This document shows, piece by piece, positions 1-13,845 of a DNA stretch of 64,000 bases (within the stretch, counting starts at the first letter, position 1; each line of letters opens with the position of its first letter). The DNA is taken from assembly GCA_036785375.1 (NCBI GenBank), contig JAWMAR010000030.1, positions 6,386,001 to 6,450,000 of the forward strand, read 5' to 3'. Origin of the DNA: Leucoraja ocellata (lineage: Eukaryota). Under the pieces are notes generated by a model. The model searched no databases. It saw nothing but the letters and a program-made list of their open reading frames with translations, and was not told where the DNA came from. A program made the position numbers and the translations under genes.

Positions 1-270
1 ACTCACTGATGCTACCCCACCAGGAGCTGCACAACTGACGTTCTGTGGCAAAATGGAAGCTGCAAGCGAATGGGAGGCTGGAGCTGGTATCACTGCACCA
101 TTACTACACTTGGACACTGTACTGTAAAGTGCACGCTATGCTCTATGCTCACACAAATACATTTGCGGATAGGCACAGATGGACATAAACACAGAAGCAA
201 GGGTATACATAACTCCATCCAACAAATAACCTTACGTCAATAGCTCCCTTGCATTCAGCAAACCTTGTAT

Positions 271-1306
271 AGGTATGTTACAAAACCTACCTGAATTGTG
301 TCTGAGCATCTGCCCTACCCCGTGTGCGCGATATTGGCGCTGTTTAGAGGGGGCGGGTTTAAAACGCGATTTTTACTAGGCTGTTCCAATCGAAAATGTT
401 CAGCCTAGTAAATCATTAACGGAAAATCGCTGGAAGACCCCGTCGCAAAAGGTATTATTAGTTTTTATGGCGTTGTATAATATTTATAGTAGTTTAAAAA
501 TCACTCTCTCAATCCGCAACCTCTCGCAGCCCCAGGGTTTTATAAAGCAAACAATTAAAGGTATGTACCTTATTTTTACATTAAATGGGGCTTGTATATA
601 ACCCTGTATATAAAGTTTTCTATAGCGAGTAGTTCATTTTGGGCTCTTTATATCCCGCAGTATTTTTCTGGGCATTTGAGGGCACAAATCCAGCGTAATG
701 TGAACGTTCTAAACCAGCGCGTTCACAGGAACCCACTAGAAAGCCGATTTAAATTGACTTTAATTTACAGCAATTGAACACTAAATTCCTTCCATTTGGC
801 CTATAAATTGATGTATATGAGATTTAAAAATCATGTTTTATTGTGAATTATTTGTGAATATTATTTGGACACTTGGGCTATTTAAAAATATTAATCATTT
901 ATTAAGAAATGGATAGATGTTTTGATCTGGTAATTGAAGTTTGAAATTAGCTACAATTGGGTAACTAACTAATTATATGCTTTAATTTCAGGTCATCCAA
1001 GTAAGATTATTTTATATTTGTTTCAGAATGCTTCAATCTATGATAACTGAACATTTCATTCAGTTCTCTTAATTTTTAAGAAGGTTATGGGCTTTTGACT
1101 GTCCACGATCACAGCTTTTTTGTTATGTCCATAGAAAATCAATAGGGAACAAGATGCTAATTTCCGAGTATGAAAATGGCCATAACCTTTTTATTACTTG
1201 AGATATGAAAGTGAATTAGGTGTCAAATTAAACTTATTGTATGCTTTATCTGATGGGATAAATTGCAGGCTTGATTTTTTAAATCTCAAAATTTTGTAAC
1301 ATTGCT
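271..1306. mobile_element. Non-autonomous TIR DNA transposon (~1.04 kb)
   Basis: Imperfect TIRs AGGTATGTTACAAAA (271-285) and TTTTGTAACATTGCT (1292-1306); direct repeat ACCTTGTAT at 262-270 and 1307-1315; no transposase ORF. Confidence 0.75.
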
Positions 1307-1689
1307 ACCTTGTATGCAACACCACCCCACTCATATGAATTGGCAACCCTCACAGCCAACCCGGTCCACTTAGAAACCTTCATTGTACATAAAATCCTCA
1401 TTGTAACCACAGTGATTCAAACAAGGAGGAAAGCAAAGTAAATGAACCATAGATCTGTTATTCTGACATGAGTTGTCAACCAGATTATGGGTGACCATAA
1501 TCAAACACATGGTAACAACAAAGTCAGAAAAATATATAAATTGGTAGAATCAACAGTTACAAAGGAATATCACATTGTATAAGATAGTGTGGGATTGTAG
1601 TTGCTCGTTGAGAATATATCGGTTATAAATGATCACATTTATTCAATTAATTTGAACATTTTTCTGTGATGATATATTCAAATACCATA

Positions 1690-2128
1690 CCATTCCCTGT
1701 CACTTTACCTGCCGACTCGACTCCCTCCGTAACTCCCTGGTCAATTTTTCCCTCCCCAGGTACCTTCCATTGCAACTGCAGGAAATGCTACATTTGTCAC
1801 TTTACCTCCCCCCTTGACTCCATCCAAGGACCCAAGCCGTCTTTCCAGGTGAGGCAGAGGTTCACCTGCACCTCCACCAACCTCATCTACTGCATCCACT
1901 GTTGCAGTTGTCAACTTCTCTACATCGGCGTGACCAAGAGCAGGCTTGGCGATCGCTTCCCCTCCCTTTTCCCAGCACTCCCACAAGACCACTGTCTCTG
2001 CATCTTCCTTTCTTCACCCCCCCTCCCTGGCATCAGTCTGAAGAAGGGTCACGACCCGAAACGTCGCCAGTTCCTTCTCTCCATAGATGCTGCCTCACCC
2101 GCTGAGTTCCTCCAGCATTTTTGTCTAC
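1690..2128 (+). mobile_element. Penelope-like element 3' fragment: GIY-YIG endonuclease remnant plus pseudo-LTR
   Basis: ORF 1666-2184 contains PGTFHCNCRKCYIC...FTCTSTNLIYCIHC..CQLLYIG.TK.RLGDRF (PLE CCHH + GIY-YIG pattern), followed by the pLTR sequence repeated across the window. Confidence 0.85.
2036..2067 (+). ncRNA. Minimal type I hammerhead ribozyme motif (PLE pLTR type)
   Basis: CTGAAGA (2038-2044), A, GGGTC-ac-GACCC (stem II), GAAA, CG, TC; stem III is the palindrome ACGT; stem I is only about 2 bp. Confidence 0.65.
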
Positions 2129-3394
2129 ATACCATTCCCTATATTTATTTTAGTAAAGCTGAAACTTATGAAGTATGTTTATAGGAGTAAGAGGTCCCAA
2201 GTAGCTTAATAGAAGGTGGTGTACAACAATTCCCTCCAAGCAATATGGAAGTATTAGGGTAAATGACCAAAGGTTTGATGAAAGAGACATTTTTTATTAG
2301 CAACTATCGAAGTAAGAGAAAGAGTTGGAGAGACCAAGATGATTAGGGAGGGAACATGCAGTGTTTTATGTTGTTGGAATACAAGGCAGCCACACTTATA
2401 TGCTGCAGCTCCAGTCCTGTTTGCAATGAAGCGAAAACAATGCAGAATCGAATAGGATCCATGATGTTCAATGTTCATTTTTCCTATTGGTAATTTGATA
2501 ATATTCTGCAAACAGAATCATGATGATCTGCTTGAAGTGCAAATATATCTCGTTCAAATCTGATCATAGTTGGAACCACTGGGAAGTTGATCCATTAACA
2601 AAGGGAAGGCAAGACCATGAAAATTAAGGAAGATAAAAAATCTTTGAGTGTTCAACTTGATAATCTATTACAGCCCTTAAAAAAATCAGTTGCAGTTTAA
2701 TTATAATAACATATCTAAGCCGGTTATGATTTCGATATAAAAACCTAGCATTATATTCATATTCAGTTGTTTTAGTATCACTAGCTGCATTATGTTAATC
2801 ATATTTAGGCCAGCATTATTTTTATTTAATAATAGGACTTGTGTCTGATGTAAAGGAACCATCTTATCATTTGTGACATATCCATTGATCTGATGAGTGC
2901 AAGCTGTCTTATCTGTGGCTTTATTTCAATGGATTTAAGGAGTTCAGTAAATAAATCATTTAAGTAAAGTCAATCATTGCTCTCACGTATCTATGTTCAT
3001 AAATAGTATGAAATGATTAACTGGGACATGTTTATGTTTCATTAGTGAAGATAATCTCCTAATTATTGTCGTGATTGAGAGCCATAAGGTTCCTCAGCAG
3101 GGAAATACAAATGGTTATTTCTCTCATTATTTCGCTCATAGCTACCTTATGTCATGAAGAAGCTAGTGATTTTAAAAAGCTCAATTTCTTTCAGTAGTTT
3201 GACTTTTGTGTAAAACTTGATTCAAATTTTTATCAGTTCTGCAATTTTTTTCCAAAGGCATGAATTAGGTGGACATCGTGGGAAATAAACAAGATTGTTA
3301 TGAGAGAAAAGGACAGAAATTGCTGGAAATATTTAGCAGATATGACAGACTTCAGTCTGAATCATTAACTGTTTTATTTTCAACTGATAGATGC

Positions 3395-4192
3395 AAGAGT
3401 AGGTCATCCAGCCCTTCAAGCCAGCACTGCCATTCAATTTGATCATGTCCAATCATCACCAATCAGTACCCCGTTCCTGCCTTCTCCCCATATCCCCTGA
3501 CTCCACTATCTTTAAGAGCCCTATCTAGCTCTCCCTTGAAAGTATCCAGAGAGCCACCCTCTGAGGCAGAGAATTCCATAGACTAACAACTCGGTGTGAA
3601 AAAGTGTTTCCTCATCTCTGTTCTAACCCCTTATTCTGAAACAGTGGCCCCTAGTTCTGGACTCCCCCAACACCGGGAACATGTTTCCTGCCTCTAGTGC
3701 ATCCAAACCCTAAATAATCTTATATGTTTCAATAAGATTCCCTCTCATCCTTCTAAACTCTAGAGTATACAAGCCCAGCCGCTCCATTGTCTCAGCATAT
3801 GACAGTCCCGCCATCCCGGGAATCAACCTTGTAAACCTACGCTGCATTCCCTCAATAGCAATAATGTCCTTCCTCAAATTAAGGGACCAAAACTGCACAC
3901 AATACTCCAGGTTTGGTCTCACTAGGGCCTTATACAACTGCAGAATGATCTCTTTGCTCCTATACTCAACTCCTCTTGTTATGAAGGCCAACATGCCATT
4001 CGCTTTCTTCACTGCCTGCTCTACCTGCATGCTTACTTTCATTGACTGATGAACAAGGACCCCCAGATCCTGTTGTACATCCCCTTTTCCCAACTTGACA
4101 CCATTTAGATAATAATCTGCCTTCCTGTTTTTGCTACCAAAATGGATAACCTCACATTTATCCACATTAAACTGCATCTGCCATGCATCTGC
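3395..4192 (-). mobile_element. CR1-clade LINE 3' fragment (RT C-terminus and 3' UTR)
   Basis: ORF 3710-4177 MQFNVDKCEVIHFG...DLGVLV...KKANGMLAFI...LYKALVRPNLEYCVQFW is the typical CR1 ORF2 end. Confidence 0.92.
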
Positions 4193-4351
4193 CCGAACTA
4201 CTGACTAATTCAAGAGTTTTCAGTTTTGCCTTAGATTCCATGAATATTTTACATAAGATCAGCAAATAAATATGTTCATTTCATGCATTGTTCTTGCACA
4301 TGGTAAAATAAATCCATATCGAGCATCATAGCCTTTTTTCTATAGATATAC

Positions 4352-6811
4352 CAGGTCTCTCACTTAACTTTTTTTCTCTGTTGCCAGCCGGGCAACCTCG
4401 GCAACTTTATAGGTTGCCAAATGACAGTTTAGGTGGTCATTTAAGACGGCTTGCATGACGCGTGCGATAATGTGCTCGGACGAAGAGCAAAGCTCGGATT
4501 TATGCTCAATGAATCATTCACATTATTTCTGCTTCAAGCATGTTTTCTGTGTAGGACCGAATATTATCATGACATGGCCATAGCATGTTTCTTTTCCTCT
4601 TGAATATTTAATCATCAATCTCTATTATGCACAGTCACAACAAGGGAGGTTGATAAATAATTGAATCGATCAGGTTGACAACATCAAGAGGGGAAAAATA
4701 GATACACAATATATCCCTTCTGCTCTAGGATTTTGTAATTTAAAAGAAATAAAGAGAATGGAAGTGTGATTTTTTTTTCTTGTAACAATACTTGTTACTG
4801 TATTATTATTATTATTATTACCTGACCAGACCTATACCAGACTTTTGAATGTACAATCTTGGAACTTGGCAAGTGAGATTCCCCAGAAGGGCAATAAAAA
4901 TTGGTGAAGTGTTTTTTTTGGGGGGGGGGGGGGGGGGGGGATATCAACATTAAATGATCAGAAACATTATATTTGTGAAAACTTGTGTAACTTTTCTGCT
5001 TGATATTTAAACCATCTCCTAAAAAGCAAAATAAAGACAGAGCTGTTCAAATACATCAAAACGCTACTTTATTTGTCATCAGTTTAAGAAGGAACTGCAG
5101 ATGCTGGAAAATCAAAGGTAGTCAAAAATGCTGGGAAAACTCAGCGGGTGAGGCAGCATCTATGGAGCGAAGGAAACATCACTTAATTGTCATCTGTCGC
5201 TCTCGAGCAGAGCATCCTCCTCATCAGACTTGTCACTGTCAGAGTCAGGTCCAGAGGCAGATGCTGCAGCTGGGATCTCTCCCATGTCAGGCATCCTTGC
5301 CCTCATCCCTCCTGCATGCCACAAGCTGATGGCTAGCCGAGTATCAAAGTCCTTGATGTTACTGCCATGCAGAATCTTGAGGAGCTGGTCTGTCACCCCG
5401 TCAATCTGGAGGGATCTTCTGATGGTGGTCTTCAGCTGGCTGAAGGCTCGCTCCGCCTCAGCTGAACTTGCCGGTATGGTAAGGACGAGGTCAAGAAGAG
5501 TGCAGATGTTGGGTAGCTTTTCTTTCCTCACAGGGATGGTTGCTGACCAGGTCAGGGCCTTCTTGCTGAAGCTATATAGAGTCATTAAAACGTATTACAA
5601 TCAGACTTGTCACGTGAAAATATTTATTAAATTAAGTTTTGAATTCTTCAAAGGTATGGCAATACTACAACTGGATAATTTAAATGAATATTTGAACATT
5701 TACTTTGATTGGGAACTTATCCTCGCTTTCAGGAGGTCCCACTCTATTCCCAGTTTTCTTGGGTTCACGTGTACTGTGGTTAGGCTGCCCTTGAGTGCTG
5801 TACCAGTGACTGGACAGCTTCATTTCCGAAATCTGCGGAAAATAAACAAAATAAATATTGACTCAGTCAACTACTAGCGCTTAGGGCACAAACTTTGAAC
5901 TTATGTTGTACTTAATCAACTGGTGACACTGTCAATGTGCAGAATATCTTCCTATATTTTTATATAAAATCTCAAGTATGTAATCATTGTTATAGACTAG
6001 TTGTAATTTTGCCTTTACGGTAAAGTTTAGATTATGATCTAACAAGAAAGCTTTATAAAGAAGTAACGTGCAGCAAATTCAGAGAGAATCATACAGTGAA
6101 TCATACATTAAGATTTGCTCCAAATTTCCTCCACAGTGGTATTAAAAATATCTAAGCTACAAGGGGGCTGCAAGAACTAGGCTTTGCAATTAAAATTAAT
6201 TACTTTGACATGAATTGAATTAAACATACTGAACAAAACTATGCAATACATCATACTTTAAAAAATGCCCATGAAAATTTTGCAACATTGCTCTTGCTGA
6301 AATATCACCTGATAGTCTGCCTTCTGGCCAGAAGTTGAAGCTGACGATCTTCATTGCCTCGCAGACTCTGTCACTCATGTCATGCAATCTAGCCCCAATG
6401 TCGGTGCTGCCGGTCAGATCTCCCTGAAACTGTGCTTGAAATTCAAACATGTTTGGCGTTGACTTCCTGATGTATGAAAAAATATAAATATAATATTCGT
6501 GCTACCATTAAAAACCATATTCTGCCACGTTTGCCTCCCTGCACACGTGGCAGAACATCTCCCCTTCTCATCCTACCTCAACCATTTGTGAACACGTTCC
6601 CATAACTTCTTGACCTTTTCTCATCCTCATACTCTTTATCCATTTCATTTTTTCTTTTTGCTGCCTCATCCTTTGGGTTTGCCCCATTTTTCAGGTAACG
6701 CCACATGATTGATCTCGAGGATGCACAGGCTGACTTATGGAAAGAAGCATGTGCAAGGAGCCCCACGTGTCACTCTTCCTGGGAAAATGTTGGTGTTACA
6801 CTTGGTGTTAC
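4352..6811 (-). mobile_element. Decayed hAT transposon with intron-containing transposase (ZNF862-like); far end lost in assembly gap
   Basis: hAT dimerisation motif LLDLVLTIPASSAEAERAFSQLK (ORF 5190-5585); N-terminal MWRYLK...FCHVC zinc-finger-like remnant at about 6520-6710; AT-rich spacers with splice-like ends; probable terminus CAGGTCTCTCAC at 4352. Confidence 0.75.
5083..5176 (-). mobile_element. Penelope pLTR fragment nested in the hAT element
   Basis: AAGGAACTGCAGATGCTGG...CTCAGCGGGTGAGGCAGCATCTATGGAGCGAAGGAA matches the other pLTR copies. Confidence 0.75.
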
Positions 6812-6966
6812 NNNNNNNNNNNNNNNNNNNNNNNNNNNNNNNNNNNNNNNNNNNNNNNNNNNNNNNNNNNNNNNNNNNNNNNNNNNNNNNNNNNNNNNNN
6901 NNNNNNNNNNNNNNNNNNNNNNNNNNNNNNNNNNNNNNNNNNNNNNNNNNNNNNNNNNNNNNNNNN
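6812..6966. other. Assembly gap (155 N)
   Basis: Run of N. Confidence 1.
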
Positions 6967-8034
6967 TCCTCTAACCTCTCATTCTAGCTAATACACTCCA
7001 ATCCAGACAGCATTCTGATAAACCTCTCTGCACCCTCTCTGAAGCCTCCAATTGAACCTGAAATGTTTTCTGTTTTGTAGGACTCTGATCTTTTATAGAA
7101 CGAATGGTACAAAGGTTATTTTGTTTTAACTAGTCTCAGTACCAGGATTGAAACTTTCAAATCATGGATTAAACTGATCTGTTTATATTGAAGCCTTTTT
7201 CTTTCAGTATGCATAGTACTGGGACAGATTGAATTATGATCTGTATCCTGCTCCATTGGCACAGATTGAGTGTGTGCGCGATCTTTACTAAAATTATCTT
7301 AAAAACAATGAAGGGAAAAAGCATTCACAATGTTTCATTTTCACATCCAATGTTTGTTCAAAATATGCATTGAGCAATTGATAATAAAATATATCAATAA
7401 GTTTCTGATAGTAAAATCTCTATTTAATTGCTAATTAACACATCAAAATAATTGCACGTATTAATATCGGATCAATTCAAGGCTTTGGTGTAATAAATTG
7501 ATTAGATTGCCAATTTCATGCATATTTTACCATCCTTAGCTTTAATTTATAAATTATTTTGATTGCCAATTACCACTTGTTGCATTTATTATTAATTAAA
7601 TTATTACCCATAAGGACTATGTGCTGATGTCTGACTTCAGTTTGACTGTACCTTAATTTTTTTTTAATGAACTTGTTTAAAGGTTAAGTATTTATTTAAT
7701 TGGATTCAATTTATACAATAATTCATAGGAAAAACTATGCTGTAATTTATTATTCAACATATTGCTGTGAAACCAGCCAAGTGAATAAAGAAATAGAGTT
7801 AGGATTAGGGCTGAAGAATGCCATTTTGTTAAGTAACGCTTAAATGCTAGGAAGAGTTATTGTCACTTAATTATTTTCTGCTACCAAGTACTCCATTAAA
7901 TTTATGTTTCCATTGTTAATCTCTTTTTTCACTTTATCAAAATTATTACCCAACCTTTTGAGATACATTTTTCCCTCCAACAGCAATGGATTAGAAAAAT
8001 AAACTGTGTATACTAAATATCTGTAATAATGGTT

Positions 8035-8350
8035 GGCGCGGTGATGCAGCTGGGTTGAGCTGCTGCCTCATGGTGCCCGAGACCCAGGGTCAATCCTGAT
8101 CTCTGGAGCTGTCTGTATAGAGTTTGCACATTCTCCCTGTGACCGTGTGGGTTTCCTCTGGCTACTCCAGTTTCCTCCCACATCTCATGGACGTACAGGT
8201 TTGTAGGTTAATTGGCCTCTATAAAATTGCCCCAAGTGTTCAGGGAATGGATGAAACAGTGGGATAACATAGAACAAGTGCGAGCAGATGATCAATGTGA
8301 ACTAGGTGAGCCAATGTACCTGTTTCCATGCTATATCTTTCAATCAATCA
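8035..8350 (+). mobile_element. tRNA-derived V-SINE-like element
   Basis: tRNA-like head with A/B-box remnants, then V-domain GAGTTTGCACATTCTCCCTGTGACCGTGTGGGTTTCCTCTGG...TTTCCTCCCACAT and a CR1-like tail. Confidence 0.8.
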
Positions 8351-8749
8351 GTCCAGTCCTCTGAATCTTTAATCTAACATTAAATGATAAACAGAAATTG
8401 GAGAAATATTCGGCAATTCTGATTGCATCTATAAAGGGGAAAGTAAATTAATTTTTCAGAGCTAGTCCTAATTTAATTTCCCTCACACACATGCTGAGTG
8501 TTAACAACATTTTCTGTGTTTACTTTTAATTGGTTATGATTCTTTTATTAGATTGAGTTTTACATTCCTGTGTTCTGTTTTTGCTGATATTGTTGCTATG
8601 TACTCATAATTACAGTTTGTTCAAACACATGGTTTTGATTCTTTTTCAGCTATCTAAAATCAAATGGTGATAGAATGTAATATCAGCAGGGTTGTAGTGG
8701 TGATTGTCCAACTTTCCACTATTTACAAGGATTGTCTTGGTGCAAGGCA

Positions 8750-10020
8750 CCTTGAACAGCAAGTTCACAGTCCCTGAAAATGGTGGAATTTGTTAAATGC
8801 ATCCCAGGTGAGTTTTTACAGCAACATACAGAGAGTCTACAAGGAAAGGAGTTGTACTTGACCGTATTTTAGGTAAGGAGGCTAGGAAAGTGGTGGAAGT
8901 GTCTGTGGAGGAGCACTTTGTGAATATGGCCACAACTCGATAAGATTTAAGGAAGTCCTGGAAAAGTACTAGGTTGGACCTAGAACTCTGGTCTTAAATT
9001 GGGGGAGGTCTGATTTCAATAGTGTGGTACAGGGGCTGGCAAACGTTGACTGGGAGCTCGGAAACAGGTCCACCAGGTCCGCGAAGAGACATAGACCAGC
9101 TGGAAAGTTGAGTGAAGGCACGGCAGTGGAATTTAATCCAGGCAAGTGTCAAGTAATACATTAATGGGTTGTCTAATTTTGGCTGGACATATACAGTAAA
9201 GTGCGAAGATCGTAGAAATGTTGATGTGCATAAGGATCTTAAGGTGCAAGTTCACAGCTCCCTGAAAAGGCATTAGGATATCAGAATCAAGGGATATGGG
9301 GAGAAAGCAGGAACGAGGTTTTGATTTCTGGATGATCAGCCATGATCATATTGAATGATGCTTCAGGCTCGAAGGGCCGAATGGCCTATTCCTGCACCTA
9401 TTTGCTATGTTTCTATTACGTGGATAAGGTTGTGAAGAATTCATTTTGCTTGCTTGCCTTCACAGGAAAGGGTATTGTGTGTAAGAGTTTGGAGAGCTGA
9501 ACAAAACGTTGATGAGGTCACACTTGGAATAGTATGCAGAGTTCAAGTCACTGCATAATGGGAAGGATGTGGGGGCACTATAAAGGGTGCAAGAAGTGAT
9601 TCGCCAGGGTGTTGCCTGGACTGGAAGGGTTCAGTTGCAAGGAATGATTGAATAGGCTGTGATGGTTCTCATTAGAGCACAGGAGAGTGCATATAGAGAT
9701 TTGTAAAATTATGATACACATATATAGGATAGATTATCACAACCATGATCCAAGAGTAGTTGAATCTAGATTTAGAGCACATAGGTTTAAGGGGAGAGGG
9801 GAGATCTGTGGGGCTTTTTTTTTCTGCAGAGTATGAGTACAGAGTACAAGTGCAATTACAGCATTCAAAAAGCAATTCAACAGGAACAGGTACAAGAATA
9901 GGAAACAAATTGAGGGGAATGGACCAAATGGAGGAAAATGGGAATAACATAGATGGGCAATAGGTCAGCATGAAAGAATCATACCAAATGGCGTGTTTCC
10001 ACACTCTATGACTCCATGAC
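8750..10020 (+). mobile_element. Decayed CR1 LINE fragments with a nested CR1 3' UTR (about 9275-9415)
   Basis: Nucleotide remnants of CR1 ORF2 (GGATCTTAAGGTGCAAGTTCACAGCTCCCTGAAA) and tail GGCTCGAAGGGCCGAATGGCCTATTCCTGC. Confidence 0.65.
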
Positions 10021-12169
10021 ACCAGTCAATTGTATGTTCTCTTTAAAACATTATAATTTCAAAGGTTTATTCACTATTTTAGTTGCTTTAACTTGTGAGA
10101 GTTGTCTGAATGTGGCCACATTTCACATTGCCTGATACAATTTCTTCAAAGGAAAAAACAGGTTGAGGGGGAGATAAAATGGAACTGGATTGCATTGAAA
10201 GAGAAAACATAACAGTAGGTCTCCTGGAATAAATTAAATCCTGAATGGGCAGCTGTTTCCTGATGGAGCAGTCAACTTTGAATATAGATTTGAATATTTT
10301 ATATATTTCAATGGTGAATAAATCACAACTATGAGTTGCTGGTGCTCATTAGGACCCATTGCTGTTTGTTAGACTTAATGGACAGTGCTCTCCCAGCTTG
10401 ATGGCAGCAACTTGAATTATGGACACAAAATACAAGCACAATTCCAAAATAATTCCAAAAGTACAAAATGTTTTCTGACCTCTTTTGACCACGATTCCAT
10501 CTCTCTGATTTGTGTCCATTTAAAACTGAAAATTGATGTTTGTAAATGTATTAATAATGGCTAAATGCATTAACAACTGGCTTTTCATCATTATAGTCAG
10601 TCATATCTTTCCTGGTGGCAAAGCCATTCATTGTTGGCATATTCTTCATGCTGTGAGGAAGACTGCAGATTAGTAATCATGTTGTACATGTAATACCTTA
10701 CCTCAAAATCATGCTTGTTCAACAGACCCGACAGAACACATTCACGTAAATGGGATTCAGCAGAGCCAGATTCAATTTTATGTTGCAATAGAGAAGAACT
10801 CATACTCAATGGTGCTGGTTTGTTCAATGGAGAAGCAGATGGTCTTAAGTAAAATACAGACCCAAACCTTTGCACAGTCCCAAACAGCAATTGTTAACAA
10901 ATATCACAATTATAAAAATGACAAGAACATTGCAAATATAATAATAATAATAATAATATAATAAACTATATTACGTACTCAAGGTCCAGACAAGGGGCAA
11001 CATTACATTAAAATGCATTGCATATCAAATATCATAAATACATATATAATCATGGTATATCACATAAAAACATCATAATTTATATATTTTTAAAACCCCA
11101 CAATACTTAAGTTAAAAATCCAGATTAAAAGATGATCAATGTCCTACAACGAGACAATGATACCGGTGTCTCCACAGCTGGAATTCGTTGCGTGTAGTGC
11201 TAACCCTTATGTTTGTCAAGGCCACAAGTTACTGACTAGGATGATGTACAGACTAGGGGCGAAAATGACCAATGTGTAGATGAATAAATGAAAAATAAAT
11301 TGCCATTAATGACCAACAGAGGTTAGAATTGATAATGTTATCATTTGTGTCATTTTTTTCATTTGGTCTAGTTTGCATATTTGATTAATTCTTGCTTTAT
11401 TTTTGTGACATTCTCATCGATCATTATTTTTCATTTTCAACCTTATTCTTTTGCCCTTCCAGAACTTTTTATTGATTACTTTTTTCCATAAACTTTTACA
11501 TTTATTTAGTTTCATTGGGTCTGACTTCCATCAAACTTTAAATGAAAGTGGGTTCATTGCAGGCAAGTAGGTTGATAAGTGTGTATTATAAAATGTATTT
11601 GGTCACCTATTTAAAAACATACAACACTGAAAGAGATCATTTTACCCAAATGGTCTATGGGAATGTGTATGTACCACATGAGTTCCCTCACACCATACAA
11701 TACTTGACTTTTTAACTAAAAGCTTCCATTTCCCCCATAAATACATCCATGATTCATCTCATAAAGATCCATTAGCAAAGAGTTTTACTTTTTTAACCAC
11801 TCCCTAGCTAACAAAATTAATCTGAGTTTCTTGCTGGATTTCATATTATTATATTACGTTTAAAAGTGCCACTTTTAGATTCTCCAAAAATGGAAACATC
11901 ATATAAATGACTATTCTGTCAAACTAAGGATTATTTCAAGGCATTTCTTCTCATTACTTTCTCATTATTGGAATAAAGAGCCAAATTTGCTCAATGCCTA
12001 TATTGCAGGGATCTGTTTATTGTGCCCATGTCTCCTTCCCGGTTAACAAGTAGGTGGTGGCACCTTAGAAGACAAAGTCTAATTAGGCCGTTAGTTTTAG
12101 CAAGCAAAGTTCACAAAAGCATTTGAGGTGGTTTGCAGTATTTCTGCCACTGCACCAACTGAGCTTTGT

Positions 12170-13590
12170 GGTTTATTACCCATATGAATGCTTGCCTTCA
12201 TTGCCTGAAGCATTGAATATAGGATTTGGGATTTGTTACAGTTGGTTAGGCTGCAGTTGAAGTATAATGTGCAATTCTGGTGGTCGTGCAATAGGAAGGA
12301 TGCGATTTACCTAGAAATGGTGCAGACAAGATTCACCACTGTGTTGCCTGCACTCAGTGTTCTACGTAGTGAATGGATAGGCTGGGACTTATTTCCAGGG
12401 AACCGGACATGGTGGACTGATGACCTGAGAGACTTTCAAAATTACGAGAGACATACAAAGGGTAGATAGGCACAAAATGTTTCCCAGGGTAGAAGATGCT
12501 AAAGCTTGACGCACGTTTAAAGTGCGAGGGGAAAGAACGGGATCTGAGTAGCAATCTTTTCATGCAGAGGTTGTGGGTAGATAGAATAAGCTGCCAGATA
12601 CAATCACTAAAGTTAGAAGATACTTGGACAGGTACATCGGTCAGAAAGCCTTAGAGGGTTTGGGCCAAATGCATGCAAATGGAGTTAGTGTAGATAGGAA
12701 TTTTGATTGGCATGGTTGAGTTGACCTGAAGGGTTTGTTTTCTTGCAATATAACTGTGAATCTCTGTTGGATGAGCAAAGCCAATGAATTATCCACTTTT
12801 GTTGGTGATGAAAGACTGGATTGAGTTGTGAAGAGGATGCAGAGAGTCTTTAAGAGGGCGTAGACAAGCTAAGTGATTGAGCCGAGCTTCATTTTTAGAT
12901 GGGCTGAGTTGAAAATTGTCAATGTTAAAAGCTGAGGTGTCCTTTATGCAAATTAATGGAAATGAATAGGTACAGCAAAGAGCAAGGAAGGTAAATAGTA
13001 TGTTGGCTGCTATTGCAAAAATAAATGAGTATGAATAAAGTTGTCTTATGAAATTTTACCAGGCCCCGATAAAATTACATTTGGAATATTATATACAAAT
13101 CTGATTACCTACTTAAAAAATAATGCATTCACAGCAAAGGCAGTATGATGAAAAGATCGCTGGATTGATTAAGAGGAGAGATTAAATAGACTAAGCCTGT
13201 ACTGTTGGGCATTTAGATGAGTGAGCTGTGAACTCATTGAGGTATTAAAACATTCTTATGGGGCTTGATAGTTTCAATAAAGGAATGATATTTTGCTGGA
13301 GTTGAGTGCCTTTTATCTCGGGAGGCACAGTTGGATATTCAAGCTTGATGATTAAAAAAAATCTTCACCCACAGGGTAATGAATCTTTGGAATTCTCTGG
13401 GCAAAAGAGCTTTAGAGATTCATCTATTGACTATATTCAAGTCGGAGACTAATTTATTTTTGGATATTGAAGAGATCAATGGATATGGAGTGCAGAAAAG
13501 TGGAACTGGGGTGAAAGATCAGACATGATCTTTTTGAATGGCTGAGCGTGGACAAGGAGCTGAATGTTTTATCCCTCCTTTTATTTCTTC
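12170..13590 (+). mobile_element. Two tandem decayed CR1 3' fragments
   Basis: ORF 12233-12469 LVRLQLKYNVQFW...RKD..LE.VQ.RFT resembles the CR1 RT end; 3' UTR-like ends at about 12750 and 13580. Confidence 0.65.
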
Positions 13591-13845
13591 TGCTAACTAG
13601 GTATCCCTTAGATCTAGAGCACAAAAATCTGGTTAACATCTTTCACAGCCTTGATGTCCTGAAGTGCTTTATCGTCAGTGAAGATTTTGAGCTTTAGGCG
13701 CAACTGTAATTAAAAATAAGCTGATTTTAGTTTAATTTAGAGATACAGCATGGAAACAGGCCCATCGGCCCACTGAGTATGCGCCAAACAGTGATCCCCG
13801 TACACGCATTATCTTACACACTAGGGATAATTTACAACCTTTACT

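Noticed and set aside
5230-5877. 215-aa + strand ORF
   Set aside because: Antisense shadow of the hAT transposase exon.
6705-6991. ORFs with poly-X
   Set aside because: Artefacts of the N gap.
8035-8110. tRNA-like sequences at SINE heads
   Set aside because: Degenerate and fused to V-domains; not tRNA genes.
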